Source: Octopus bimaculoides
Lineage: Eukaryota
Direction of reading: 5' to 3'
DNA: 64,000 bases
Assembly (NCBI RefSeq): GCF_001194135.2
Contig: NC_068993.1
Coordinates: 3,564,986-3,628,985 of the forward strand
Shown piece by piece: positions 27,251 through 41,092 of this stretch; the stretch's first letter is position 1; every line of letters starts with the position of its first letter. The translations under genes and the position numbers were made by a program. A model generated the notes under the pieces. The model had not been told where the DNA came from, did not search any database, and saw only the letters and a program-made list of their open reading frames with translations.

Positions 27251-27576
27251 TATATGTGATTGTCTGCGCATGCGTATGTGTACGTATGTATGTGCGTGTG
27301 TGTGTATACCCTAATTTACTTGTGTGTGTGTGTATACACACACATACACACACACACACACATATCTATTCATGTTTGTATGCATGTATGAAATCTTAAA
27401 AAGTACCCCTTCATTGATTTCCACTTTGGTTATATGACCCAATACGAGCCTCATTCATCCGTTAGAACGAAGACAATATCATGTCTGACTTCAACCACCT
27501 TCTGTCACCTCCAATTAAAGTGCATTCCAAAGAATAATATCTTACAGCCAAAAGCTATAATCATCAACATCATCAT

Positions 27577-27792
<216 letters not shown>

Positions 27793-28584
27793 GATGTTGT
27801 TGTCGGTGTTGTTATTATCGCATTTTGTTTCAGCATATATATCTGTTATTTTGCGAGTAATTTTTCAGAAGTTAATCTGACAGACATTGTAATTATCAAT
27901 ACGGAAGTTTAAAAAAGCAAAAATTCACATTAAGGAAATAATAATAATAATAATAATAATATATGCTACATGCTGCAATTTCTCTTAAATTCTCTGACTC
28001 GTCAAAAAATGTGCTCTAAATCAGATATCTTAATGGAGTTTCCTTCTAATACTGATTTATTCATTTAAAAATATATTAATGAATATGACGCTTAGTTGTA
28101 AATGGGAAGGAATGTCTGAATATGTTAATCTGGTTAATAATGTTTTTCAAGATGTTGCTTTATCTATCTCTATACTGACCTAATTAATACTTCTATGACC
28201 AAAGGCATTCTGTCTGTGATAATCTCCTGTTATGATCAAGATGTTGCATGTTTTGAATTAACTTATTTAAAGTATTCCGTTCTTAGAAACAAAGGAATCT
28301 AATCGACGTTTGAAATGAAATTTGGTTACCTTCTTTAAAAGATCGAGTGAACACCCCGGCGCAAGGATTTTGAGTAAGCTACGAAGATCGTTTTAAAACT
28401 GATTTTTGGTTCGAGAAAGCGAGGAAGAACCTACATCCAGTCCTGTAACCTTTACTCTCTTTCAATTTGGATGTAATACAAACGCAGCAAGAAATTTCAA
28501 GTATATCAATATAAAATGAACTCTGGAAAGAGCAGAAAAAGTATCAAAAATAAAGATGTATGTGTTTATTATTCGGCCGAATGA

Positions 28585-28645
28585 AGACGGCTAGCTGGCA
28601 GAAACGTTAGCACGCTGGGCTTATTGCTTAGCGGTATTTCGTATG
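28585..28645 (+). mobile_element. SINE 5' part, truncated
   Basis: GCTGGCAGAAACGTTAGCACGCTGGGC...GCTTAGCGGTATTTCGT matches the head of the 45633 copy. Confidence 0.75.
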
Positions 28646-30609
28646 TCACAGTGCTGTCACTCGGCACACTGCCTCGTGAAGAGGACCGCTGGCTCTCACC
28701 GTATGCTGCCATCTGTTGGCCAGCTACAGAACTAGACCGAGACTCTGTCGATACCACCTCGTATAGTATGTTCTATTGTATCATTTATTAAGTATTATGT
28801 AATAATATATAATCCTGAAATTGTAATAAAAAATACGGTAAAACACAGTGAGTTTGGGTACCGTACATGCTACAGCGCCAAACTGTTGATATAGCACAGA
28901 ATAACACCGGATATAATAGATTGACATCAGAAACATTGAAAAGAAGAAATGCAATGATTTAAACCTTATATTATATTTAGATGGAATGATTCTACGTCTG
29001 ATCGATATGTGGATAACAGATCATTACAGTCAATATAATTATAGAACTCATTGTTAAATAGCCCCTATTGTTACTGCTAATTCTAACCTACTGAAAGTCT
29101 TATGATTCCTGCAATTTGACTTCATTTCCAAGCTTCAATAATTATAAAGAGAGCTCATAATAAGGAAAACTCATTTCTTAAAGACTGAGAAACTGACATT
29201 TAACATTTTCGATGGAGATTTGTCACGCTAAAATCAGACGATCACAAACGCAAGTGAATAATATTAGTGAACAATGTGAGAGGCAGTGAATTGCTAGAAA
29301 TGGTAAATATGTTTAACATGAAGACTTATTCATCCATATTCCGAGTTCGAGTCTCACCAGGACAGCCTTTACTTTTCCTGTGTCTTGTAGTCAATACAAT
29401 AGCTACAAGGCTGATCGGCAGCTCAATATATTTATTATAACGCAAATAGCTCTTTTTTAAAATCGGAAACTAAATATTAAATATTACTCTTCATGATTGT
29501 AGATTAGAATGGAGCAACCACAAAATAACTAATTTCATTTAGATAGACTCATTCCAAGCTAAATACCGTTGAAACACTGAACTGTACTTTTAATACACGT
29601 CAAACTTACAAATGATATTCTTCTAGCCTGGAACCTTATTATTTTGGCTTGTTTAATCAGCACCAGTACATTTGCCAAATTCCTTCGTTCATTGGCGTAC
29701 CATTCAAATGCGCTGTGTACGTGAATTCCCATGTTTAACTCTAATTTACACCAATACTTCATTAGATATCTTGAAAATCTCTACTGAGCGAGTTATAAGT
29801 ATATGAAATTAAAGAAATCCTTTTAATTTATTTGGCTTGCGCATCCCAACAAGATTATGTTAAACTTTATCCTTCAATCTATTAATTCATATAATTAACG
29901 TATTAACATAATGGAATGAATTCCAGTAACATTTAGCCACTCCTACAGAAATCGGCTCTGTGTTTTGTGCGCGCGAGTCTTTGTGAAATCAATAATTATG
30001 TAAAATTCGTTGTGATAAATAATGTGATAGTTTATGGTCATTGATGTTGTTCTTATTAATGCTATTTTAAAATAAATATTCATTATTTGAAAGTGGCTTG
30101 TGCTCTTCATATTGTCATTTTCTGTTGCATTCTACTCAATTATGGCTTCTCTATGTCGGCCTTTACTTATAAACCCATTATCACTAATGAGAGGTTCGTT
30201 AATTACATTTCAGTTTTAATATTTCAATTCCAAACTTCACATAGATGCGATATACTCACAGTAAGTAAAAGCAAACCCGCACATTGATATACATATACAA
30301 ACACGCTCGGTGTAGAGATAGGCTTTCTGTATAATTAATTTCACACCTTTGAACAGATATGCAAACATAGAAATGGACATTACTATATTAATGCACATCA
30401 TTAATACTGCATCGATATATTATCAATATGAACCGGCGGAATATCAATATACGGACGTTAACCATTTATCCTCCGTCGGTTTCGCCGCTGAGTATTCAGG
30501 TAATCACATTCATGTGCGCATACCTGAGTATTCCACAGATATTAGACATTTCTCTCTTAAAAGAAATTCTCAAGTTCTCAGGTGGGACTAGCATAAAACT
30601 CTACAGATG

Positions 30610-30747
30610 TTCCATAGAAATTATAGCCAGCACTGATTTTTGCAACTACATCTCGTATACGAGACGTCCGATGTGAAGAAATAATGAAATCGAAAATGGA
30701 AAATGTAATAATAGCAAAAATCAGTGCTGGCTAAAATTGCTATAGAA
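30610..30747. repeat. Foldback with 34-bp inverted arms and internal 14-bp palindrome
   Basis: TAGCCAGCACTGATTTTTGC (30624-30643) is the exact reverse complement of 30714-30733. TCTCGTATACGAGA lies at 30651-30664. Confidence 0.9.
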
Positions 30748-31529
30748 TATATATAGAAATAACCTTAACAATAATATAAAGAGCACTGCTACCGCAATAG
30801 AACGTGATACTGACTCATAAAAACATTTAATAAACTTTATGGTATATTATGGTTGCATAACGAAATACCACGTATCTACAAATCATTAAATAATAACATC
30901 AGTTGTTCAGCTAAAACCCGTAACCTGTTCTAGTAAGTCATCAACATTTGATATTCATTTACATTGATGATGGTCCGCTTACAGTAAGCACCACATAAAT
31001 GCATGTGGGATAGTTTGTTAGCATTTAACAGCTACGTGCTTGGACTATGGATATGTTGTAGTAAAGCTACAAAGTACGACATTTCAAAAGCTAGACAGAC
31101 GGTAATAGTAAGCTTAAGTAGACTGATGAGGGATCTCTCAGAGACCTGCCGGCATGACAAGAATCAGTCGGAGCTCAACATTTAATCCTGGATCCCACTG
31201 ACTCACCTAACTCTGTCTCATAAATAATTCTATATTTGTAATTGACGGATACAGATACAATTTAAAATGCATTATCTTCAAACATAATCTGTCTACCCAA
31301 CACATATATAAAGCAGAAAAAAGATACATGCTTTGTCAAAAAGACAAAGACATACTGGTAAATGATGATGGCATTGCAAACGCTACGACAATTCCGTTTC
31401 CAGTTCGGATTGATAGTTCATAGATTACGTATATATTCCATACCAACTCAATTATACATACATGTCGGACACACATACACTCATACGTACGAACATATTG
31501 AAACACGTGATTAAATATAATCGATTTTT

Positions 31530-31710
31530 GATCGTTTACTTGTTTCAGTCCAAAGACTGCGGTCATGCTGGAGCACCTCTTCGAAAGGTTTCCTCAGTCA
31601 GAGAAATCGATCCCTAGCACTTATTCTTTTTAAGCCTTGTAATTATTCTAGCGGACTATTTTGCCGTTAAATTATGGGGACGTAAAGACACAAACACCGG
31701 TTGACAAACA
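31530..31710. mobile_element. Octopus-type SINE copy
   Basis: TTTACTTGTTTCAGTC..GACTGCGGTCATGCTGGAGCACC...GGGGACGTAAAGACAC. Recognised repeat motif, running into (CA)n. Confidence 0.7.
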
Positions 31711-32522
31711 CAGACACAAAGACACACACGCACGCACGCACGCACGCACGCATGCACACACACACGCACACACACAAACACACACACACACATATGTATA
31801 AACACATACACATATAGATAGAGGGATAGATACATCCATACAACTATCCATTTATACATACACTGATACATGGATAGCAATAGATATAGATATTATATGA
31901 TATATATAATACATATGTGTGTGTATGCGTGTGTGTGTTTGTGTATACATACACATGCATGAACTTTGTATAAGAAACATTCTTTCGTATTTCATTGGTA
32001 ACAAGACGGATTAAAACATTTAGCATCATACACCGTTATATTTATATATATATTTTATACATTCACATTCATTCACTCTATCCTTTATGGACCAGAAGAC
32101 GCCATTAACCACACACAAACATGCTCACGCACACACATACACACACACACACACTCAGTGTCAGAAACGCTAACACATGTAAAGATACACACAAAAAACC
32201 AATATACGTTCGCCACACAAATATCCATACGGTGAAACGCTGGAATGGCTGGTCATTTCAAACTAAAGATGGTTCGTCTGATTTGATTCAATCCAAGGAT
32301 TCAAATTACTGAAATTTAATAAAGTAATAAAAATAGGGACAAAAAGAAGCAAAAATATCCGGGCAAAGTGTACAATTTGCGATGAAATTTCATACAATTT
32401 GAAAATTGTGTAAATTTTTCATTTGTGTGTTTTTCTTCTAATTTTATATATTTTTAGGAAGGTTTTGATTTTAGATTTAGTTTGAAACTGATAGAATTTC
32501 ATCTTACTCTTTGTGTGATTTG

Positions 32523-32596
<74 letters not shown>

Positions 32597-32720
32597 GCAC
32601 GCACACACACACACGCACGCACACACACACACACAACACAAAACACATATAATTCTCAAGATGATAGATGCATTCATAGAAATATAATTACATACATAGA
32701 GACATAGATACATGCATGCT

Positions 32721-32752
<32 letters not shown>

Positions 32753-33337
32753 GTCACATACACACACACACACATATGTATATATACACACGCACATATA
32801 TACATACATAAACACACACAGATATATTAATATAAGCTCATACACACGAACACACGCATGGATATAAACATATTCATACATATACATAGAATATACAAAG
32901 TTCACTCTGCCCTCTCTTTCCCTTACCCTCTCTCTCTCTCTATGAGTGCGTGCATGTGTGTGTGTGTGTGTGTGTATACACATATACATACACATAAGGG
33001 ACCTTGTATTCTTTCCTACTCATGCGTTCGTAAAGCGAACAAAGAACAAACTCTTGCACCATCACACATGCATATCAAAACGAGTTTGTGCAAAACCATA
33101 CATTGACAAATATACACATTCACGCAGACATTCTCTCTCTCTCACACATACACACATACACATGGATATTCGTAGATACATATGCGTGTTCAAATGCACA
33201 TCTTTAAACGCATCTATCTGGACGTAACACAATACACAAATATGCCTACACATAAATTGTGAGTCATGTTGTGACAAATCCATCCATATATGTATGTATA
33301 GAAACATCCATACATATGTGCGCATGTGTGTGTGCAT

Positions 33338-33370
<33 letters not shown>

Positions 33371-34454
33371 GAGAGGGGAGAAGAGAGTTACTCATAAGTA
33401 GATATATACGTAGATTAAATCTCTAGAGATCCATACACATATACATATAGCGCTTTGTACACACACAGCGCTCATCAATAAAAGAGAAATTAAGTGACAT
33501 GAGTTGATATAATAAACGGCCATGTGGTATGAAACAAGGCTGAGCAGCGATCGTGAGCCCCTTTATGCCATATGCAAGACATAAGAGATTCTTGTCTCTC
33601 CAACAACTGTCAAACTTGACAGCCAGTCATTATCGTTATTGTTAAATAGCAATCGAATAAGCAATGAAATTGTGGGAGGAATAGAAGCAGCGTGGAAATG
33701 GAGTTTCAGTTGTATTTTGTTTTGGGTTTTGTTTTTAATGTAATTTTAAAATATGACAAGATTTCTGGAACATGGTCAGCTGGAAGAAATGTTGAAGTGA
33801 GAAAGCAAAAGAATTTATCTTTCGCTTTTAAGAGTTCAAATTCTAGTTTTCAACTTAACGTGGTGTCGCTAACTAACAAATTGTGCAGAATAAAACATAT
33901 ACGTGGCATGTTTTGACAAGAGTTTAGCGAACCACCAGCCAAATATTTACAAATATCAAAGGATCGTAAATTTAATGCAATAAGTGCTGAGTAATACAAG
34001 GATTGTTACATGAGGGACATCATTAATTGACTTCTTTCCTCGCTTACAAGACACCGTTTACTTGAAAATAAATTCTAGATTCTGCATACAGCCTACGATC
34101 AAATATATACTCTGCAAATGACTGAAAAATCACTCAGCATCTTTTACACATCCTCTTTCAATGCACCTGTGACTGACTCTCCAAAATCTCATCAGGAATA
34201 TTGTAGTTGTATGTATCCAATCTCACCCTCAACAGTTATGCCGTAGTGTTTCCTCGGTTCAAAAAGTAGTCTTGATCAAAATGTTCTGTGATGGAGGTGT
34301 TATGTAATATTCGTGTAAACGAGAGACATCACGCTAAGGAGAGTGGATCTCCTCAATCTACATCTTTAGCAGTATCCACAATAGTGGCGCTTTCTGTTGC
34401 ATCATCCCACTGTTTAACATGTGCTGTTATGGATATTAGAATAAATAGAAGAAA

Positions 34455-34745
34455 AGCCAAGACTTTGCCTTTTATCCTTTCGGGGTCGATAAATCGACTG
34501 GCCCCCTCTCCCAAAATTTCGAGCCTTGTGCACAGAGTAGAAAGAATATTTCTTCTATTTAAAGTCTATATTCCAAACCAATTCTTGTAACATTTCAGGT
34601 GGTAAGCTGGCAAAATTTTTATAATGTTGGGCAAAATGGTTGGCGGCCTTTCGTCTGTCTTTACCTTCCGGGTTCTAATTCTACCGACATCGATTTTACC
34701 TTTCATTCCACTCGGGGTCAAGTTAAGCAGTGGGGTCGATGAAAC
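34455..34745 (+). mobile_element. Two adjacent SINE fragments (34455-34550 and 34600-34745)
   Basis: GGGGTCGATAAATCGACTGGCCCCCTCTCCCAAAATTTCGAGCCTTGTGCACAGAGTAGAAAGAAT and a second GCTGGCAAAA... head, both matching the 45633 copy. Confidence 0.8.
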
Positions 34746-35492
34746 AAATTTTTCTTACATCTCTTGTCTTTTATTCCAAGTTCATTCACGACACGCTGAA
34801 TGACATTTCCTTTCTTGTCTTCGTTTTCTTCCTCACATTCTTTAAATTATTCCTTTAAATTCTTTCAGCTTTCTTTCATACATTTTTATTTTACTCCTTC
34901 ACTTCTTTCTTCTATTTTCACCTTCTTTGGTATTTTAATTGTGTTCTTCATATTAATCCTTCCTCGCCACTTCTCTAAAATACCTTCACCAATAAAATTC
35001 ATTTCTACGCTTACAATTAGTTTTTCACCAGATTCACGTTCTTATTTTTCTACCACAGTCTCTCTTTCCCTCTTCACACACACTCTCTCTCTCCCTCTCT
35101 GCCCTCACTCGCATTTCCTTTTCATTCGTTACAGTATTTCTTTCACTCTCTTTTTCTTAAATTGTTCCTTATCCACTCCCTCCCTCTATTTATTCTCATT
35201 ATATTTTCCTTTATCGCACGTCTCTTTTATTCTATTTACCATCTCCGTTATTCTCTCTCTATTTACAATTTCTTTCTCCATCTTCCAGTTTCTTCCTCAC
35301 GTACTTTCTGTCACAGTTTATTTGATGATAATGTTGCAATCAGTTCAGTGTATCGATCAATAAGTATTGAAATTCTGCTCCCAGGAATGAACAAAGACAA
35401 GAGGTAATACAGTACACCATCATCACTCACTGAACTTCTGCACATCACTAGCCTTTTACACCTACACACACTCTTCCATACTATCAAAAACA

Positions 35493-35664
35493 ATGATGAT
35501 GATGACTGTCATCATCATCATCATCATTATCATCTATCTTGTTCTTCTTCTTCTTCTTCTTCTTCTTCTTCTTCTTCTTCTTCTTCTTCTTCTTCTTCTT
35601 CTTCTTCTTCTTCTTCTTCTTCTTCTTCTTCTTCCTTTCCAGTTTGCTGACCCAATCCAGAAAA

Positions 35665-35707
<43 letters not shown>

Positions 35708-36399
35708 ATCATCATCATTATTACGCACCTAAAAGTACACGGCCTCTTATATAGTTGGTAAAATAGAAGGGCTGCGATGAGTTAAAAGTCGATCTTCTCT
35801 CCTTCAGTTTCGTATTTTATATGCAAAACTATATATGTATGCATACATACTTATGCACATACTAATGTATCTCTACATGTATGTAAGTATGTATGTATAT
35901 ACATTTATACATACATATTCATTCATACATACATACATACATACACACATATATATATATGTATATATATATATGTATATATATATATATGCGTACACAC
36001 GTATACATAGCTATGTGTGTCTGCGTGCTTCTTTATTTGTGTCTATGTTTATACACGTTTTGTATTTATGAATGTAAGTACATGCAAATAGAGATCTCTC
36101 TGAAAATCCGGAATTTGGTTAGCATCAATTAAGACATCTTAAACTTGTTCTTTGAACATGTAATATTTGTAAGAAGCACTTAAAAGAGTACGAGCATGCT
36201 ATCAGGAAGCAGTTCACTCCATAGACTCAATAAATCTTTGTGAAGTTTACATAGGCGAACTCTGTTGAAGATGATTTACTGAGCTTGACGATCTTTGAAA
36301 ATAACCTTAATGCATAATGTTATATTTCCTCCTCATCCCCACCACCACAAACACCACCACCGCCATCCTTGTTCACCCCCGCTTATCTCCTACTTGTAC

Positions 36400-36479
<80 letters not shown>

Positions 36480-36810
36480 ATTATTATTATTATAATTATT
36501 ATTATTATTATTATTATTATTGTTATTATTCAGACAGATTTCTACTGCATCATCTACTACGACTCCGTATTGCTGGGGTGTGTGCAGCATTGTATGTTCT
36601 TTTTTGTTGTTGGATGTATCCAAACTCTTTCTGGTATTCTATTGCGTCAGTTTTTTTTTTGTTATGGGGGGTCTGTATTTGTTTTTGTATTGTGTGTGTA
36701 ATGCAAGTTGTTTTCTTCTGTCAGGTATATGGCCTGTTGGTCGTTGTATATTTTATTGGATATTTATTATTATTATTATTATTATAATTATTGTTATTAA
36801 AATTATTAAA

Positions 36811-36891
<81 letters not shown>

Positions 36892-36898
36892 ATTATTA
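35493..36898. repeat. Microsatellite cluster: (CAT)n, (CTT)n, (ATT)n, (TACA)n
   Basis: Direct reading; explains the homopolymeric ORFs in the track. Confidence 0.93.
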
Positions 36899-37327
36899 NN
36901 NNNNNNNNNNNNNNNNNNNNNNNNNNNNNNNNNNNNNNNNNNNNNNNNNNNNNNNNNNNNNNNNNNNNNNNNNNNNNNNNNNNNNNNNNNNNNNNNNNNN
37001 NNNNNNNNNNNNNNNNNNNNNNNNNNNNNNNNNNNNNNNNNNNNNNNNNNNNNNNNNNNNNNNNNNNNNNNNNNNNNNNNNNNNNNNNNNNNNNNNNNNN
37101 NNNNNNNNNNNNNNNNNNNNNNNNNNNNNNNNNNNNNNNNNNNNNNNNNNNNNNNNNNNNNNNNNNNNNNNNNNNNNNNNNNNNNNNNNNNNNNNNNNNN
37201 NNNNNNNNNNNNNNNNNNNNNNNNNNNNNNNNNNNNNNNNNNNNNNNNNNNNNNNNNNNNNNNNNNNNNNNNNNNNNNNNNCAGTCCAAGAGAAAAAAGA
37301 AGACGGAAGAAAAAAATTGCCAACAAT

Positions 37328-37422
<95 letters not shown>

Positions 37423-40400
37423 GATAGATAGATAGATTGAATGAAGAATTTCTATACTGTCGTCTATTATCACGTGTAAACGTATGAAAATGCAAGCACG
37501 CATGATACATGCATAGATATATACATACGCGCATATAGTCCAAGCAGTAAATGCATATGTGCATATATCAAATATATGTATTCAAGAATAAATTGCCAAA
37601 CAGGATATTGCAAAAATGTAAAAGAAATAATAGGATGGCATATTCTCTGACAGCATGTCTGGGACTGTTGCACTAATATATTACAAAGGCATTAGGATAA
37701 TTGCAAGGATTGTAATGGCTGCACATGTGAAACCTAGCAGTATCTTCTCTGAAGACTAGAAGTACGATGTGCAGCTACATATATAAATACATACATACGC
37801 ATTCACATAGATACACACACACACGCACACACATGCAGTCACACTGATACGTACATATATGTANNNNNNNNNNNNNNNNNNNNNNNNNNNNNNNNNNNNN
37901 NNNNNNNNNNNNNNNNNNNNNNNNNNNNNNNNNNNNNNNNNNNNNNNNNNNNNNNNNNNNNNNNNNNNNNNNNNNNNNNNNNNNNNNNNNNNNNNNNNNN
38001 NNNNNNNNNNNNNNNNNNNNNNNNNNNNNNNNNNNNNNNNNNNNNNNNNNNNNNNNNNNNNNNNNNNNNNNNNNNNNNNNNNNNNNNNNNNNNNNNNNNN
38101 NNNNNNNNNNNNNNNNNNNNNNNNNNNNNNNNNNNNNNNNNNNNNNNNNNNNNNNNNNNNNNNNNNNNNNNNNNNNNNNNNNNNNNNNNNNNNNNNNNNN
38201 NNNNNNNNNNNNNNNNNNATATATATATATATATATATATACATTTTTGTCTCCCTGTCTGTCCATCTATATCTCTCTGCAAACGATTAGTCATGGAAAG
38301 GGATTGGAATGGCAAGATTTAATGATACATGTAATCTTGTTATACGCACCGCTATCGGAGTGAGAATTTTCTTATTAGCTTTATAACCTGCTGTTGCCAT
38401 GGGATGCTAGCTAAAATACATTTCAACCAGAACTTGCCTCAGTAATATAGCAATTAAGAATTATTATTCCATCACTCATCACCACTGCAGAATGAAAAAA
38501 AAAAGAACAATAATAATAATAACCACCACCATGTTTCACAAGATATGCAATTATTTCTTACATATATTCTTAGTATTTTCTGTTTCTATATATTCTAAAC
38601 TACCATTTTTGATATATGAATTGCCTGCTTCAATAAAATGACTAATTATTATCGTTATTTCGCAGTCAAGGTTCCGGTCACTATTCTTGCTACAGGTCTT
38701 TATACAGAAATTAACCACACAAATTAGTCGTAGAGAACTCAAGAACAATAACCTCCAAATATCTGGCAGATTCTACACAGAATTCCTAGAGAACCGAAAT
38801 ATTACATCGGATAAAATAGACTTGTTCACACCTCAAACATCAGTCAGTGTGAACGGGGTGTGATTCATACCTCATACCAAATAATAATGTTAGCTTTCCG
38901 ATTGCTCACAGCGTGCTCCATTCCAGTAAAGAAAATGGACCATTGCATGTTAAATGGTTTTTACCGAGAAATATTGCACTGCCGTTAATGAAATGTAAAT
39001 TTATTAATCTTCACTGTGGCTATAACTATCTAAAACTTATTCTTCAGCATGCTATCCTGAGATTTACAGGTAAACTATGTGGCATATATATTTTGACTGC
39101 TATTGTACAATTGCATTGAGCAGGTAGTTTAACGATATATACGATTCTACTATGGCTTTGCTTTTACGTAATATACTATGTTAGCTTCCACTGTTAGATG
39201 CCGTGTCGGCAGGACCTTATCAAGTTTCTGTAATAATTACGTCTGCATTATTGGTAATAATAGTGGTTTTCTTTGCTTCTATTTCTTTCTATTATCCTTA
39301 AGAGATTCTACATCTATTTGCTGCACACATTCATGCAACATCATGCAAAACATTGCAGAATAAAATATCAGAAAACCGGAGACAAGCGTCTAATGTTTAA
39401 CCGGGCTGAAACAAAACTGATGTTTTGAATGTGGCATTCTGTCTGTTAGGATCAAATAAAGCTTGTCATATAATTAGAATCTGACTGAAGAGGTGGAGTT
39501 TCATGATAGCAACTGAAATTACTGTCATGTATGCCACTCAACACTGCTAAAACATTTCCACTATCGCCACAGCTACCTGAGACTGCTGGAGAGAGAAATA
39601 AGATAACACAAACAACATCACTGATGAAATATCTTTGGGGATGAGTGAGCAATAGAGGAGAAGGTAGTCAATATTTGCAGTGGCATGCACATGAGTAACG
39701 CTCCAGGGAAAAGACAATATACTTTCGTATTCCATGATACAGGATTTGAGATTGTCAACATGTATTATAATAACAATTTATACATTAAAACAGAGTCAAT
39801 CTTGTATATTTACTCCATAAAATGTGAAGAAAAACACTAAATGCAATATTCAATTGCTAAATCATTTTCTTTGTTGGTATTGTGCATGTTTGTATATTTA
39901 GGAAATATGAAACAATTGGATTTCTTCCATGAAAGCAAAGTAGTATGTGTTAGCTATACGCAATGGTTAAACATTTTAGAATCATACATTACTTTAATCA
40001 CAATGTTATAAAAGTAATTGCACTACGGGGAGTGATATCATATATAAAACCACATTTAATATATTAGCGGTCTTTCTATTTATTGTAACCACTCCCCCAG
40101 ATAGAAAAGTCAAGCTTAAACTCTTCTAATTTTGAATAGAAAATGGAGATGGCCGTAAATGAAAACTACGATCATCAGTTCGTTTCGCAAGAATTTATGT
40201 TAATTCTCTCACAGAGTTGTCATGTCATATATTGAAAACAATTTCAAATATTTTAATTGAAATTCTTCAAAATAAATAAAACCCTTAAGTAAACGTCAGA
40301 AAGATGAAGAACAACCGTTTTTGAAACGAATACGATATCTAAGCAGTGTTAAGAGTTCAAACAAAGTTGGTCTTTTACCATAAACTTATTATTGATTAGC

Positions 40401-41092
40401 AAAGTCAGAAGTAAAGTCGGCACAGATTTGGCAAATCTACGGTCACAAGCCTTCCCGCTATGCCCATCTCTTTGTATATACTAGTGACAAATTTGTACAC
40501 TTCATGCTTCATTTTTAAAGAAAGTATGTTGTGTTTTACGAGTTTTTAGATGTTAGTATTAACAGTTCTTGTTACCGTTATGTAAAATACACAAGAGGAG
40601 TCCCATTTCACGACAAGTCCGTGGCTACTGATTGACCCTGGCTTCATATTGATGGGGTAAATCTTTGAGCAAATCCATTACAGAAAGGAGCGCCATCTTG
40701 TATTTTATTGTTTCCCAATTTGTCTGGAGATACATAAAACAGTGAATATGTTATAGACGGGTGTGACTTTAATTTGAGGATATCTGGCTGCTACATTACG
40801 TAGAATTAGCCCTGCAGCTGCTTTTGCTGTTTATCGATACCAAGAAATGAATAGATCTCATCTTCTCCAGTTATCGATGGTCTCACATCCGCTCCTCTTC
40901 TCCTCAAACTCCACTTCCAACTCCCTCTCTTCCTCCCTTCCTCCTCCTCAACCCCTCTTCCTCCTCTTCAACCCATTCTCTTCCCCCTCCACTTCCTCCT
41001 TCTTCTTCTCAACCCCTCTTCCTCCTCCTCAACGCATTCTCTTCCCTCTGCTGCTCCTCTTGCTCTTCCTGCTCCTCCTACTCCAGCTCCTG

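Noticed and set aside
30087-30287. ORF with a signal-peptide-like start (MKVACALHIVIFCC...)
   Set aside because: The start is TTG, not ATG, and an in-frame stop lies just upstream with no ATG in between.
34100-34430. Cadherin- or FN3-like words on the - strand (TAKDVD*GD, EPRKHYGITV)
   Set aside because: They need several stops and frameshifts and cannot be separated from chance, so no protocadherin is called.
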